Below are positions 51,782-62,070 of a stretch of 64,000 nt of DNA, one piece after another. The notes beneath the pieces were generated by a model. It did not search any database. It was not told the origin of the DNA and saw nothing but the letters and a program-made list of their open reading frames with translations. Each line of letters begins with the position of its first letter. Position 1 is the stretch's first letter. Position numbers and translations under genes: made by a program. Source of the stretch: Candidatus Eiseniibacteriota bacterium (lineage in GTDB: Bacteria; Eisenbacteria; RBG-16-71-46; JABDJR01); contig CAWANH010000029.1 of NCBI GenBank assembly GCA_963783375.1, positions 32,001 to 96,000 on the forward strand, given 5' to 3'.

Positions 51782-54700
51782 ATGCGTGAACTCATGAGCA
51801 AGACTCAGGATCCCTCCCGCGTCGTGAACGCGCTCCTCGATTCCCTGGGCACGAACGCCGGATACGTCATCGACATTTACGACCTCTACCGGCAGAGCCC
51901 GCAGACCGTGAACGCGGCCTGGCGGGGCTATTTCGAGGGGCTGGAGCGGGGGGAGATCTCCCCCCACGAGCTTCCCGCGGGCGTCCCCCCCGGGGGGGAC
52001 GGTGCCGAGGCGGCGGGCCCGGCCCCGGTGGGGTCCCCGTTCCCGGGGACCGGCTCCTCGGGGATTGCTCCGCCGGCGGGTTCATCGGCGGCGCAGCGGC
52101 CCGTTGCCCAGGAGGACGGCTCCGCGGAGCCCTTGCGGGGGAGCGCCGCCCTCATCGTCCGCAACATGGAGGCCAGCCGGGAGATCCCCACCGCCACCTC
52201 CTACCGGAGTATCGCGGTCAAGGCGTTGGAGGAGAACCGCCGGTTCCTGAACCATCATCTCGATCTCGCCTCGGGAGGGAAGATCTCCTTCACCCACGCG
52301 ATCGCCTGGGCGGTGATCCGCGCCCTGGTGGAGCATCCGAACCTGAACAGCGGGTTCGCGGTGGTCCGGGGCGAGCCCCACCGCCTCCGCCGCCCGCGGA
52401 TCCACCTGGGGATGGCGGTGGACCTGGAGAAGAAGGACGGCAGCCGCACCCTCCTGGTTCCGAACCTGAAGGACGTCCAGGCCATGGACTTCCGGAAGTT
52501 CCTCGAGAGCTACAACCGCATGATCGAGAACGCGCGGACCGGGAAGCTCCTGCCCGAGGATTTCCTGGGAACCACGGTGAGCATCACCAACCCGGGGACG
52601 GTGGGCACCGGGTCCTCGGTGCCCCGGCTCATGCCCGGCCAGGGAGCGATCGTCGCGGTGGGGGCCATCGGCTACTCCGCGGCCACCCGCGCCATGTCGC
52701 GGGAGATCCTCTCCCGGCTCGGCATCTCCAAGAGCATGACCCTGTCCTGCACCTACGATCACCGGATCATCCAGGGCGCGGAGTCGGGGGAGTTCCTGGG
52801 CCTGGTGGAGCGGCTCCTGCAGGGGGAGGAAGGCTTCTACGACCGGCTCTACGAGGACATGGAGGTGCCCTACCATCCGGTGCGCTGGACCCCCGACGCC
52901 GGGGCCGCGGGCCTGGGGGGCTCCGCCAATGTCGAGGAGATCACCCGGCAGGCCCGCGTATTGCAGCTCATCAACGCCTACCGGGTGCGCGGCCACCTGA
53001 TCGCCCAGCTCGACCCCCTCGGCACCCAGCCCCAGTACCATCCCGAGCTCGATCCCGAGCACTACGGGCTCACCTTGTGGGATCTGGACCGCACCTTCAT
53101 CACCGGGGCCGCGTCCGGGGAGGAGTCGGCCTGGAGCCGGCCCCAGAGCGCTCTCCGCGAGATCCTCGAGACGATTCGCGGCGCCTACTGCGGAAAGATC
53201 GGGATCGAGTACATGAACATCCAGGACCCGGAGCAGAAGGCCTGGATCCAGGACCACGTCGAGCCGGCGCGGGAGCGGGAACCGCTCGATCCCGGGGCGA
53301 AGAAGCGCATCCTGGCCATGCTGGTCAGCGCGGAGGCCTTCGAGCGCTTCCTGCACGCGAAGTTCATCGGCCACAAGCGGTTTTCCCTTGAGGGAGGCGA
53401 GGCCCTGATCCCCGTTCTGGACATGCTCCTGGAGGCGGCGGTATCCGACGGGCTGGAGGAGGTGGCGATGGGTATGGCCCACCGAGGTCGGCTGAACGTC
53501 CTCACCCAGATCCTTCAGGTGGACTATGCCGATCTCTTCTGCGAGTTCCAGGGCACCCGCGATCCCAACGTGACCCAGGGCTCCGGCGACGTGAAGTACC
53601 ACCTGGGGGCGACCGGGGTCCATCCCACCCGGGACGGTCGCGAGGTGCGGATCACCCTGTCCCCCAACCCGAGTCACCTGGAAGCAGTGAACCCGGTGGT
53701 GGAGGGAATTGCCCGGGCCAAGCAGGAGCGGATGGGGGCGGAGGAGGGGCGCCGCCGCATCCTGCCCATCCTCATCCACGGCGACGCCGCCTTCGCCGGT
53801 CAGGGGATCGTGGCCGAGACCCTGAACCTCTCCCAGCTCAAGGGCTACCGCACCGGCGGCACCGTGCACATCATCGTGAACAACCAGATCGGCTTCACCA
53901 CTCCGGTGGAGTCGGCGCGAAGCTCGCCCTATCCCACCGACGTGGCGAAGATGGGTCAGGCGCCGATCTTCCACGTCAACGGGGACGATCCCGAGGCCGC
54001 GGTGCGGGTGGTGCGCTGGGCCCTGGCCTTCCGCCAGGCCTTCCAGAAGGACGTGGTGATCGACATGGTCTGCTACCGGCGCCACGGCCACAACGAGGGG
54101 GACGAGCCGAGCTATACCCAGCCGCGTCTCTACGCCAAGATCCAGAAACACGCCTCGGTGGCCGCCCTCTACGCGGAGAAGCTCCTGCGGGAGGGAACGG
54201 TGACCGAGGAAGAATTCCGCGCGTTCAAGGCGGGCGCGGCCAAGTGCCTGGATCTTTCCTTCGAGCGGGCCCAGCACGAGGCCACCGCGATGAAGCCGGC
54301 GCCGATCGAGGTGCCGAACCCGCGCCCGGGCGCGGCGCCGGTGCCCCGGGCCACGGCCACCGCGCGCGAGACCCTGGAGCGGATCACCGAGGCGATCACC
54401 TCCACCCCCCCCGACGTGGACGTCCACCCCAAGCTCAGGAAGGGGATGGCGGAGCGGCGGCGGGTCATGGAAACCGGAGGGGGGGTCGACTGGGCCTTCG
54501 CCGAGACCCTGGCCTTCGGAAGCCTGGTCCTGGAGAAGGCTCCGGTCCGGCTCTCCGGTCAGGACAGCGTGCGCGGCACCTTCAGCCAGCGGCACCTGCT
54601 CCTGGTCGACGACGACACCGACGCGAGCTGGATGGCCCTCCAGCACCTCGCCCCCGACCAGGCGCCGATGAGCGCCATCGACAGCCCGCTCTCCGAGCTG

Positions 54701-55510
54701 GCGGTCATGGGGTTCGAGTTCGGTTACAGCCTGGGGGACCCGACCGCGCTGGTGCTGTGGGAAGCCCAGTTCGGGGATTTCGTGAACGGGGCCCAGACCC
54801 TGATCGATCAGTTCATCGCCGGCTCGAAGGCCAAGTGGGGCCAGCCCAGCGGCCTGGTGCTGTTGCTTCCGCACGGGTACGAGGGGCAGGGGCCTGACCA
54901 CTCCAGCGCCCGTCCCGAGCGCTTCCTCCAGCTCGCCGCCGAGGACAACCTGCAGATCGTGAACGCCAGCACCCCGGCCCAGTACTTCCACGTGCTGCGC
55001 CGCCAGATGTGCGAGGGGATCCGGACCCCCCTGGTGGTGTTCACCCCCAAGAGCCTCCTGCGTCATCCCCGGGCGCGCTCCGCGGTGCGGGAGCTCACCG
55101 AGGGCCGCTTCCACCGGGTGCTTGCCGACCCGGCCGATCCGGATCCCCGGAAGGTGAAGCGGTTGCTCTTCTGCACCGGGAAGGTCTACTACGACCTCGA
55201 GGAGGCGCGTGAGAAGGCGGTCCGGACCGACGTGGCCGTCTACCGGGTGGAGCAGATGTATCCGTTCCCCGAGGCGGAGATCCGCGAGGCGCTCTCGGTC
55301 TATCGCGGGGCCGGGGCTTTCTGGGTGCAGGAGGAGCCGCGGAACATGGGGGGCTGGCACTTCATGCACGACCGCCTGGCCACCCTCCGGGGGCAGGAGG
55401 TGTCGCTCGGCTACGTGGGGCGGAAGGAAAGCGCCTCGACCGCCACCGGGTATCACGACGTTCACGCCCGCGAGCAGAAGGCACTGGTCGCCGAGGCCCT
55501 GGGGCTGTGA
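51782..55510 (+). CDS. sucA: Multifunctional 2-oxoglutarate dehydrogenase (E2-like acyltransferase domain fused to E1o; Kgd/OdhA architecture)
   Basis: N-terminal TNPGTVGT..SVPRL and TYDHRIIQG; E1o motifs KRFSLEG, GMAHRGRLN, GDVKYHLG, HGDAAF, WEAQFGDF, LLPHGYEGQGPDHSSAR. No lipoyl domain. Confidence 0.95.
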   Translation: MRELMSKTQDPSRVVNALLDSLGTNAGYVIDIYDLYRQSPQTVNAAWRGYFEGLERGEISPHELPAGVPPGGDGAEAAGPAPVGSPFPGTGSSGIAPPAGSSAAQRPVAQEDGSAEPLRGSAALIVRNMEASREIPTATSYRSIAVKALEENRRFLNHHLDLASGGKISFTHAIAWAVIRALVEHPNLNSGFAVVRGEPHRLRRPRIHLGMAVDLEKKDGSRTLLVPNLKDVQAMDFRKFLESYNRMIENARTGKLLPEDFLGTTVSITNPGTVGTGSSVPRLMPGQGAIVAVGAIGYSAATRAMSREILSRLGISKSMTLSCTYDHRIIQGAESGEFLGLVERLLQGEEGFYDRLYEDMEVPYHPVRWTPDAGAAGLGGSANVEEITRQARVLQLINAYRVRGHLIAQLDPLGTQPQYHPELDPEHYGLTLWDLDRTFITGAASGEESAWSRPQSALREILETIRGAYCGKIGIEYMNIQDPEQKAWIQDHVEPAREREPLDPGAKKRILAMLVSAEAFERFLHAKFIGHKRFSLEGGEALIPVLDMLLEAAVSDGLEEVAMGMAHRGRLNVLTQILQVDYADLFCEFQGTRDPNVTQGSGDVKYHLGATGVHPTRDGREVRITLSPNPSHLEAVNPVVEGIARAKQERMGAEEGRRRILPILIHGDAAFAGQGIVAETLNLSQLKGYRTGGTVHIIVNNQIGFTTPVESARSSPYPTDVAKMGQAPIFHVNGDDPEAAVRVVRWALAFRQAFQKDVVIDMVCYRRHGHNEGDEPSYTQPRLYAKIQKHASVAALYAEKLLREGTVTEEEFRAFKAGAAKCLDLSFERAQHEATAMKPAPIEVPNPRPGAAPVPRATATARETLERITEAITSTPPDVDVHPKLRKGMAERRRVMETGGGVDWAFAETLAFGSLVLEKAPVRLSGQDSVRGTFSQRHLLLVDDDTDASWMALQHLAPDQAPMSAIDSPLSELAVMGFEFGYSLGDPTALVLWEAQFGDFVNGAQTLIDQFIAGSKAKWGQPSGLVLLLPHGYEGQGPDHSSARPERFLQLAAEDNLQIVNASTPAQYFHVLRRQMCEGIRTPLVVFTPKSLLRHPRARSAVRELTEGRFHRVLADPADPDPRKVKRLLFCTGKVYYDLEEAREKAVRTDVAVYRVEQMYPFPEAEIREALSVYRGAGAFWVQEEPRNMGGWHFMHDRLATLRGQEVSLGYVGRKESASTATGYHDVHAREQKALVAEALGL

Positions 55511-56250
55511 GCGCGGTTTCATCGCTGATCGTGATCCTGGCCGGGCTGGCCGCCGGGCTTCCGGCGGTGCTCCCGCAGGCTCCCCGGGTCAACGATCCCG
55601 TATTCGCGGTGCTGGTGGGGCTGGTGGAAAACAACCTCTACGGCGATCTCCCGGAGGCCCGCCTCCGAAGCGAGGCGCTCCGGTCGGGCCGGCCCACCAA
55701 GCTTCCCCTGGGCCGCCTGCGCGACGTTCGCCGGCTTCCCATGATCGGCCGCGGGCGGGCCCGGATCGTGATCACCGCCGACGGGCCCCTCGATCTTTCC
55801 GCCCCCTACGACATCCTCGGCTATCACCCGGGGCGGTTTCGGGCCTCGCCGGTCCTGGTTCTCGACGAGTGGAACCTGGGGACGGTGCGGCTGGGGGTGC
55901 GCGGGGACCGGGGCGCCCCGGACTCGATGGCCGAGCTCGAGGACGTGCACCTGTGGGGAATCCAGCAGGGCTACCTGGACATGGACGTGGACGGTTGGCT
56001 GGACGCGATCATGGGCGACCGGCTCGACGACACCCGGGTCGCCGGCTTCGTCCTCTTCCGCTACCGGGGGGAGCTGATCGGGATCGCCACCGGCTACAAC
56101 AAGGACGGAGAGGGCCGCTCGGGGGCGTTCCGGTTCCGGGACGACACCATCGTCTTCCCCGCCGAGCCCGCGTTCATGGCCGCGGGGGCCGCCTTTCGCG
56201 CCCGGCTGGAACGGTTGATGCCGGCGATCTCGCGCTTTCGCCGCAGGTAG
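55507..56250 (+). CDS. Hypothetical exported protein
   Basis: GTGA overlap with sucA, hydrophobic N-terminus, natural composition; no motif recognised. Confidence 0.7.
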   Translation: MSAVSSLIVILAGLAAGLPAVLPQAPRVNDPVFAVLVGLVENNLYGDLPEARLRSEALRSGRPTKLPLGRLRDVRRLPMIGRGRARIVITADGPLDLSAPYDILGYHPGRFRASPVLVLDEWNLGTVRLGVRGDRGAPDSMAELEDVHLWGIQQGYLDMDVDGWLDAIMGDRLDDTRVAGFVLFRYRGELIGIATGYNKDGEGRSGAFRFRDDTIVFPAEPAFMAAGAAFRARLERLMPAISRFRRR

Positions 56251-56270
56251 CGGCGCCGGGATCGCCCCGG

Positions 56271-57963
56271 CTATCCGCCGACCTTCACCAGCCGGCGGGA
56301 CGTCGAGGCGCCGTCGCTTTCCACCCGGATGAAGTAGATGCCGGCCGGAGCCTCGGATCCGGTGTCGAGGCGGCCGTCCCAGACCATCGGGCCCGTCCCC
56401 GCCGGAAGCGCGAGCCGGGCGACCACCCGGCCGCTCATGTCCACCACCCGGGCCCGGACCGTGGCACCCGCGGCCCAGGTCACCTCGATGGCCGCCCCGT
56501 TCCGGGTCGGATTGGGATAGGGGAGGCCGGCCCGTAGCCGGAAGACCGGCACCTGAACGGCCGCCGGTCCGAAGCGTTCCCGGGCGCCGTCCCGCTCCAC
56601 CGCTTCCAGCCAGTAGCGATAGCCCAGCCCCGGCGTCGCGGAGCGATCGACATATTCGCGCGCCGACGCGGGGAGGAGCCCCTCGTGGACCGGGCCGGGA
56701 TCCCCGCCCTCGTCGCGGAGCACCCGGAACCCGGCCACGCCCCCGTCCACCGCAGCGCTCCAGGTGAGGCGGACCCCGCCGGCGTCCGCGCTCGCGTTCA
56801 GGGTCACCGCGCGGACCGGGACGACCTGCCCCCCGGGAGCGGTCACCGGGAGGGAGGTCCCGTCGCTGTCGGCGGCCGCGGCCTGGGTGAAGGCGAAGGT
56901 GAGGTTTCCGGACGGGACGTCGGGGATCCGGAAGCGCACCGAGGCCACGGTACCCGAACCGGGGGGGAACGCGTTTCCGGGGGAGCTGGTGAAGGAAACC
57001 CGCACCTCTCCGGCCGTTCCCAGATCCACGGTCATCGGGCGGCCTTCGCTTCGCGGTCCCGGAATCACCGAGAGCGCGGTCCCCCGGCCGGGGTCGAACC
57101 CCAGGGTGAACTCCAGGCTCGCCGCCTCCAGGTTGCTCTTGAAATCGACCGGCACCCAGACGCTGTCCCCGGGTCCGGCGGTGAGTCCGGAGGGAACGCA
57201 GAAGGGCCAGATCGGGGACCACCGCCGGGAGCACGGCGAAGGAGAGATCGTTGACGTCGCTCGCCGTCCCCCCCTCGGAGTCCTCCGCGGTCACCCGCAC
57301 CCGGGCATTGGCGGTGGGGATCGCGGGAACGGTCCAGGAATAGGAGCCGGAGTTGGCCAGGAGCGAATCCACCGGCGCCCAACTCACCCCGTCGTCGTCG
57401 CTCCACTCGATGCGGACGGTCACGGCGGCGCCGTCCTCCGGATCGGAGGCGTTCCAGGCGATCGCGTGCACGGAGCCCGCGGTCCACGATTCCCCGCCGT
57501 TGGGGGAGAGCACGGTGACCGAGGGAGGCTCGTTGGCCGCCGGGAGGAACTCCGGGGTGAGGGTGTAGCTATCGAAGTCGGTGGACCCCAGGACGGACTT
57601 CACCTTGATCCAGAACGGACCCCCGGCGGTCACCGGCACCGTGATGACCTCGGTGGTGTCTTCGCGGCTCTGGGAGTCCGCGTAGATGCTCCCGTTCTGG
57701 TCGGTGAGGAAGAGATCGTAGTCCCGGCCGGGGGGAATGTCGCTCAGGGTGACGGTCATGTCTCCCTGGCCGGCTTCGAGCCAGTACCAGTCCACGTCGG
57801 ACTCGCTGGCGATGGTGGCCTGGATCGCCACCCCGCTTTGGAGAGGGCCGTAGGCCACGCTCAGGGAGTCGTTGGGCTCGAACGCGTCCGCGCCGGCGGT
57901 GGCGGGGGGAAGGATGACGGCCAGGGTGAGCGCGGCCAGGAGGCCGGTCAGTCGTTGTTTCAC
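56271..57963 (-). CDS. Secreted multidomain protein (PPC-like, Ig-like, cohesin-like, FlgD-like/T9SS-type CTD); frameshift near 57200
   Basis: Signal peptide; FEPNDS...DVDWY...DYDLFL; TVLSPNGGE; then in the 57155 frame VPSGLTAGPGDSVWVPVDF...LEFTLGFDP...VASVRF; ends PYPNP...VDMSGRVV...WDGR...AGIYFIRV...RRLVKVGG*. Confidence 0.8.
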
Positions 57964-58009
57964 GGCGAGCGTCTCCGTCCTCCACCGGCCGCGCCTGGGG
58001 CTCGCGGGG

Positions 58010-58612
58010 TCAGGGTTTGTCGAGCATCCGGACCGGCCGCGGTCCCTGGAGCGACTGGAGTCCCGGAACCGCCAGCACCCGGAAAAGCGCCTTCGGAGGC
58101 GCGGCCAGGGTGGCCACCGGACCCGCCACCGTCCGCACTTCCGCCCCCGCCGCCGTGAGCGCGCTTCGGGCCGCTTCCGCCCCTCCGGAGAACGTCACGG
58201 TGACCGCGATGGCGGTGGTGTCTCCCGCCGCCCATGCGGTGAGGAGCCGGCGGCGGAACCAGCCGTCGATGCGGCCCGCCGCCTCCCCCGGCGCCCAGTA
58301 CGCCGCGTCTTCGATCCCGGGGATGGCGTTCAGCTCCGAGACGTCCCGGTGGAGGATCTCCACCAGCAACGCATCGGGAGTGCGCATGATCTCGTGTCCC
58401 TTTTCTCCCAGAGCGGGAAGCGCCTCCGGAATGGACTCGGCGCGAACCGAGACCAGAACCGTGGCGTCTTCCGGAATGCCCTGGAGGCGTTCGCGCGAGA
58501 CCCGGTCCATGTTCTTCACGACCCCCTCCTCGGCGCACGAGGCCGCCGCCGCGACGAGAGCCATCGCGACCGCGAACCCGGCCAGTCCCATCCTTGGTTT
58601 CGGCAGTTGCAT
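58010..58612 (-). CDS. Lipoprotein with two subtilase-propeptide-like domains
   Basis: CAGGAG RBS before ATG 58612; lipobox AAS-C; two repeats of a D..xxxL...V.V.V...G..v...l.a.PG pattern. Domain call is by eye. Confidence 0.7.
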   Translation of the reverse strand: MQLPKPRMGLAGFAVAMALVAAAASCAEEGVVKNMDRVSRERLQGIPEDATVLVSVRAESIPEALPALGEKGHEIMRTPDALLVEILHRDVSELNAIPGIEDAAYWAPGEAAGRIDGWFRRRLLTAWAAGDTTAIAVTVTFSGGAEAARSALTAAGAEVRTVAGPVATLAAPPKALFRVLAVPGLQSLQGPRPVRMLDKP

Positions 58613-58802
58613 GTCCACTCCTGAGTCGGTGCCGGTAGCTTCACCCCGTTCCTCCCGGGCCCGCCCGCGGTCCATGGTAGGCATGTCCGCGCGGGATGCG
58701 CCACCCGGGGAGTTGGCGGTTGACCGCCTACCGGCCTCCCGTCATGCTTTCCCGGTTTCCCGGACCTGGCGGTCCCGCCCGGGCGAACCGCCGGAGGTGG
58801 TT

Positions 58803-59576
58803 GTGATTCAGCTTCTGGCCGCCGCGCCCCTGGCCTTCCTGGTTGGAGTCTCCCTGGGCCTCCTCGGCGGGGGAGGCTCCATCCTCACCGTCCCCATTCT
58901 GGTCTACGTTCTCGGCCTGGACCCCAAATCGGCCATCGCCACCTCGCTCCTGGTGGTCGGCTTCACCAGCCTGGTGGGGGCGCTCCGCCACGGTCGCCAC
59001 GGAAACCTCGACCGCAGGGTGGGGTTGAGCTTTGGGGTGGCGGGGATCGTGGGCGCCTCGGCGGGGAGCCGGGTGGCCGCGCTGGACGCGGTCCCGGGGG
59101 GCGTGCTCCTGGCCGCCTTCGCGCTCCTCATGGTGGTGGTGGCCGCGCTCATGCTCCGCCCCCGGACGCCCCGGGACCGCTCCGGAGCCGCCGCCGGATC
59201 GCGGCCGGCTCCCGCGCCCGCGGTAGCCGGCTACGGGCTCCTGACCGGGCTCCTGACCGGGCTCCTCGGGGTGGGGGGAGGCTTCGTCATCGTTCCCACC
59301 CTCCTCCTGGTGGCGCGCCTTCCCATGCACCTGGCCGTCGGCACCTCGCTCCTGGTCATCGCCCTCAACTGTGGGGCCGGTTTGACCGGGTTTCTGGGCA
59401 AGGTCCACATCCACTGGGGACTGGCCCTGATCTTCGGAGTGGCCAGCACCGCGGGAAGCGTGGTGGGAGCGAACTGGGCCGCGCGCACCCGTCCGGAGCG
59501 GCTGCGGCGGGGATTTGCCGTCTTCGTGCTCCTGGCCGGGGTGGCCATGCTGATCGAGCAGGCGGTGGGGGGCTGA
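58803..59576 (+). CDS. Sulfite exporter TauE/SafE family permease
   Basis: LGLLGGGGSILTVP, AIATSL, GLLGVGGGFVIVP, AVGTSL; GTG start 58803 after GGAGG. Confidence 0.92.
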   Translation: MIQLLAAAPLAFLVGVSLGLLGGGGSILTVPILVYVLGLDPKSAIATSLLVVGFTSLVGALRHGRHGNLDRRVGLSFGVAGIVGASAGSRVAALDAVPGGVLLAAFALLMVVVAALMLRPRTPRDRSGAAAGSRPAPAPAVAGYGLLTGLLTGLLGVGGGFVIVPTLLLVARLPMHLAVGTSLLVIALNCGAGLTGFLGKVHIHWGLALIFGVASTAGSVVGANWAARTRPERLRRGFAVFVLLAGVAMLIEQAVGG

Positions 59577-59588
59577 TCGAGCAGGCGG
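59549..59588. repeat. 17-bp direct repeat spanning the TauE stop codon
   Basis: GCTGATCGAGCAGGCGG at 59549-59565 and 59572-59588. Confidence 0.88.
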
Positions 59589-59631
59589 CGCGGAGAGAAC
59601 ATCTTCCGGCGCTTCCCGCGCCCGCCGCCGG

Positions 59632-59674
59632 CAGCCAGCCAGCCAGCCAGCCAGCTAGCTGGCTAGCTAGCTAG
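59632..59674. repeat. Tetranucleotide tract (CAGC)6 grading into (TAGC)n
   Basis: CAGC x6 at 59632-59655, then TAGC TGGC TAGC TAGC TAG. Confidence 0.9.
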
Positions 59675-62070
59675 TCCTTCAACAACCTGAACGCCGCCGC
59701 CCCCACCAGCTTCCCCTCGGACTGCATGGGGTGGAGCAGGGATCGGACCCGGTCGGCCCAGACCCGCCGGGTCTCGGGATCGCCGGTCAACCCCCACCGC
59801 CTCGCGTCACCATCGAGGCGACGCGCTCCCTCCTCGAGAAAGAAGCCCGCCCATTCCGGCCGGAGGCGCCCCTCGAGGTCGACCACCAGGAGCCGGAAGT
59901 CGGGACCGCGCTTCACCACCCCCACGATCCCCGCCCCCCCCGTCCCGGCGTGCGGAACGTCGATCAGGGCCACCTGGCCGCGATGACCGTCTTCGAGCTC
60001 CTGAAGGATGGCCTCCACCAGGGGATGCCCGGAGGCGAAGAAATCCAGGGTTTCCCGCGCCGTCGCCTCCTCGCGATTGAAGGTGCCGAGCCAGCGGCTT
60101 CCCTCGGGAATGCCGGTCAGATCCCGCACCGTGGCCTCGGGTCCGAACTCCAGGTACCAGGCGTTCAGCCCCGGCTTGGGGACGACTTCGAAGCCGAACT
60201 GCCGGCACGCCTCCAGGACCACGTCGGTGGTTCGCTCCTCCAGATCGGGGGGGATGCGGTCGAGGATGCCCTGGGCCAATTCCGGGCGGTAGCGGTTCCG
60301 GTGGAGATCCTGGTACAGGGCGCGGTTCATCCGGCGCCGCTGGGCGTGGGTCTCCTCCACCACCGCCTGGATGTCGATGGCGGGGGAGGACTCGGCCACC
60401 GCGGCCCGGATCGCCTGCTCCACGTGCTCCAGCGATCGATCGAGCCCCCCCAGGGGCTCCCGGAAGATCCCCAGCTCCTCGTAGAGCCGCGCCACCCGGG
60501 AGGCCAGCCCGGCCTCGGGGACGAAGTAGTGGATCTCCACCGGACGCTTGCGATTGATGCGGTCCAGCCGGCCGATTCGCTGCTCCACCAGGACGGGGTT
60601 CCAGGGGAGATCGAACAGCACCAGGCCCCGGCAGAACTCGAAGTTCCGCCCCTCGCCCCCCGATTCGGTGGAGATGAGAAGGGTGGGACCGTCCGCGGTC
60701 GCGAACTGAGCCACCTCCAGATCCCGGGCGGCGGGAGAGAGGTCCTCGTGGAAGATCCCGATCCGGCGGAAGGTGGCGCGCTCGATCTCCGCCTTGAGGA
60801 ATTCCAGGGTGTCCCGGCGGCGCACGAAGACCAGGATCTTCTCGCCGTCGCGCCGCCACGCCGGCTCCCGTTCGAGGATCCAGCGCAACCGCGGATCGTC
60901 TTCCCCGGTAGGGTTCTCCAGCGCCCGCTCGACCGCCTCCGCCTTCCGGCGGAGTTCGAGGGGATTCCGGACGGGAAGGGCCAGGGCCTCGGCGGCCGCG
61001 CGCTCGAGCCCCGGCCAGGGCCCGATCGGCTCGGGATGAGGCACCCGGGGAGGGAGCCCCCCGATGTCTCCACGCCGGGTGGAGCTGGTGCAGGGATGGA
61101 GCGGCGCCCCCCGATCGAGATTGTCCCGGAAGGTCTCCCAGGAGTCGTACTCGGCGGGGCGCAGCAGCTGGAGAAGACGGAAGAACCCGTGGGCGTCCGC
61201 CTCCAGGGGAGTGGCGGTCAGGAGCAGCACGTTTCGCGCCTCCCGGCAGAGCGGCTCGATCGCGCGGTAGGCCGGGCTTCCCGGGTGGCCGGGGCGGCGC
61301 TCGAGCCGGTGGGCCTCGTCCACCACCAGGAGATCCAGGCCGGCCGCCTCGGCCCGGCGCGCCAGGTCCGCATCGTCGGTCAGATCCTCGAGGGAAATGA
61401 CCGAGCGGGGGTGGACCTCGAACGGGTTCCACTCCGGGCCGAAGTCCTTTCGCACGTCCTTCCGGCGCTCCTCGTCCAGAAGCACGAATATTTGATGAAA
61501 TTTCCGGTATAATTCACCTAACCATTGTACGGTCAGCGAAGCGGGGGCCACCACCAGGACCCGCTCCGCCCGTCCGGTCCGAAGCAGCCGGTTGAGGATC
61601 AGGCAGGCCTCCACCGTCTTCCCCAGCCCCACCTCGTCGGCCAGGAGCCAGCGCACGGGATCGGTGGACACCGCCTGCTCGGCCACGTGGAACTGGTGGG
61701 GGAAGATCTCGATCCGGCCGCCCAGGAATGATCCCAGGCCGTCGGCCTCGCGGAGGCGGGCCAGACGGAGGCTCTCCAGGCGGTTCTCCCAGGAATCCCT
61801 CCGGTCGGTTTCCAGCCGGGCCAGGCGCTCCACCAGGTCCTCGTGGAAGGTCTCGTGCCATCGTTCGGGATCGGTCCCCTCGGGGAGGACCAGCGGGGTG
61901 AATGCGTGCTCCCGCACCGCGAACACCAGGGTTTCCCCGGTGCGGGGAAAGCGGACCTTCATCCGGCCCCCGGAGACCGCCACCACTTCTCCCGGGCCCA
62001 GCTCGCGGTTGTAGCGATGGAGGACCTTGTCTCCGGCCGCGAAGGACCGGTGTTCCCGATCGTGGATCAA
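59671..62070 (-). CDS. rapA: RapA/HepA-like SNF2 ATPase
   Basis: N-terminal ELGPGEV Tudor-like segment, LLADEVGLGKT, VVDEAH, LLLTATP, GGEGRNFE, FDLPWNP..EQRIGRLDRI, GTF.RE.A; TTG start overlaps the esterase stop. Confidence 0.85.
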   Translation of the reverse strand: MIHDREHRSFAAGDKVLHRYNRELGPGEVVAVSGGRMKVRFPRTGETLVFAVREHAFTPLVLPEGTDPERWHETFHEDLVERLARLETDRRDSWENRLESLRLARLREADGLGSFLGGRIEIFPHQFHVAEQAVSTDPVRWLLADEVGLGKTVEACLILNRLLRTGRAERVLVVAPASLTVQWLGELYRKFHQIFVLLDEERRKDVRKDFGPEWNPFEVHPRSVISLEDLTDDADLARRAEAAGLDLLVVDEAHRLERRPGHPGSPAYRAIEPLCREARNVLLLTATPLEADAHGFFRLLQLLRPAEYDSWETFRDNLDRGAPLHPCTSSTRRGDIGGLPPRVPHPEPIGPWPGLERAAAEALALPVRNPLELRRKAEAVERALENPTGEDDPRLRWILEREPAWRRDGEKILVFVRRRDTLEFLKAEIERATFRRIGIFHEDLSPAARDLEVAQFATADGPTLLISTESGGEGRNFEFCRGLVLFDLPWNPVLVEQRIGRLDRINRKRPVEIHYFVPEAGLASRVARLYEELGIFREPLGGLDRSLEHVEQAIRAAVAESSPAIDIQAVVEETHAQRRRMNRALYQDLHRNRYRPELAQGILDRIPPDLEERTTDVVLEACRQFGFEVVPKPGLNAWYLEFGPEATVRDLTGIPEGSRWLGTFNREEATARETLDFFASGHPLVEAILQELEDGHRGQVALIDVPHAGTGGAGIVGVVKRGPDFRLLVVDLEGRLRPEWAGFFLEEGARRLDGDARRWGLTGDPETRRVWADRVRSLLHPMQSEGKLVGAAAFRLLKD

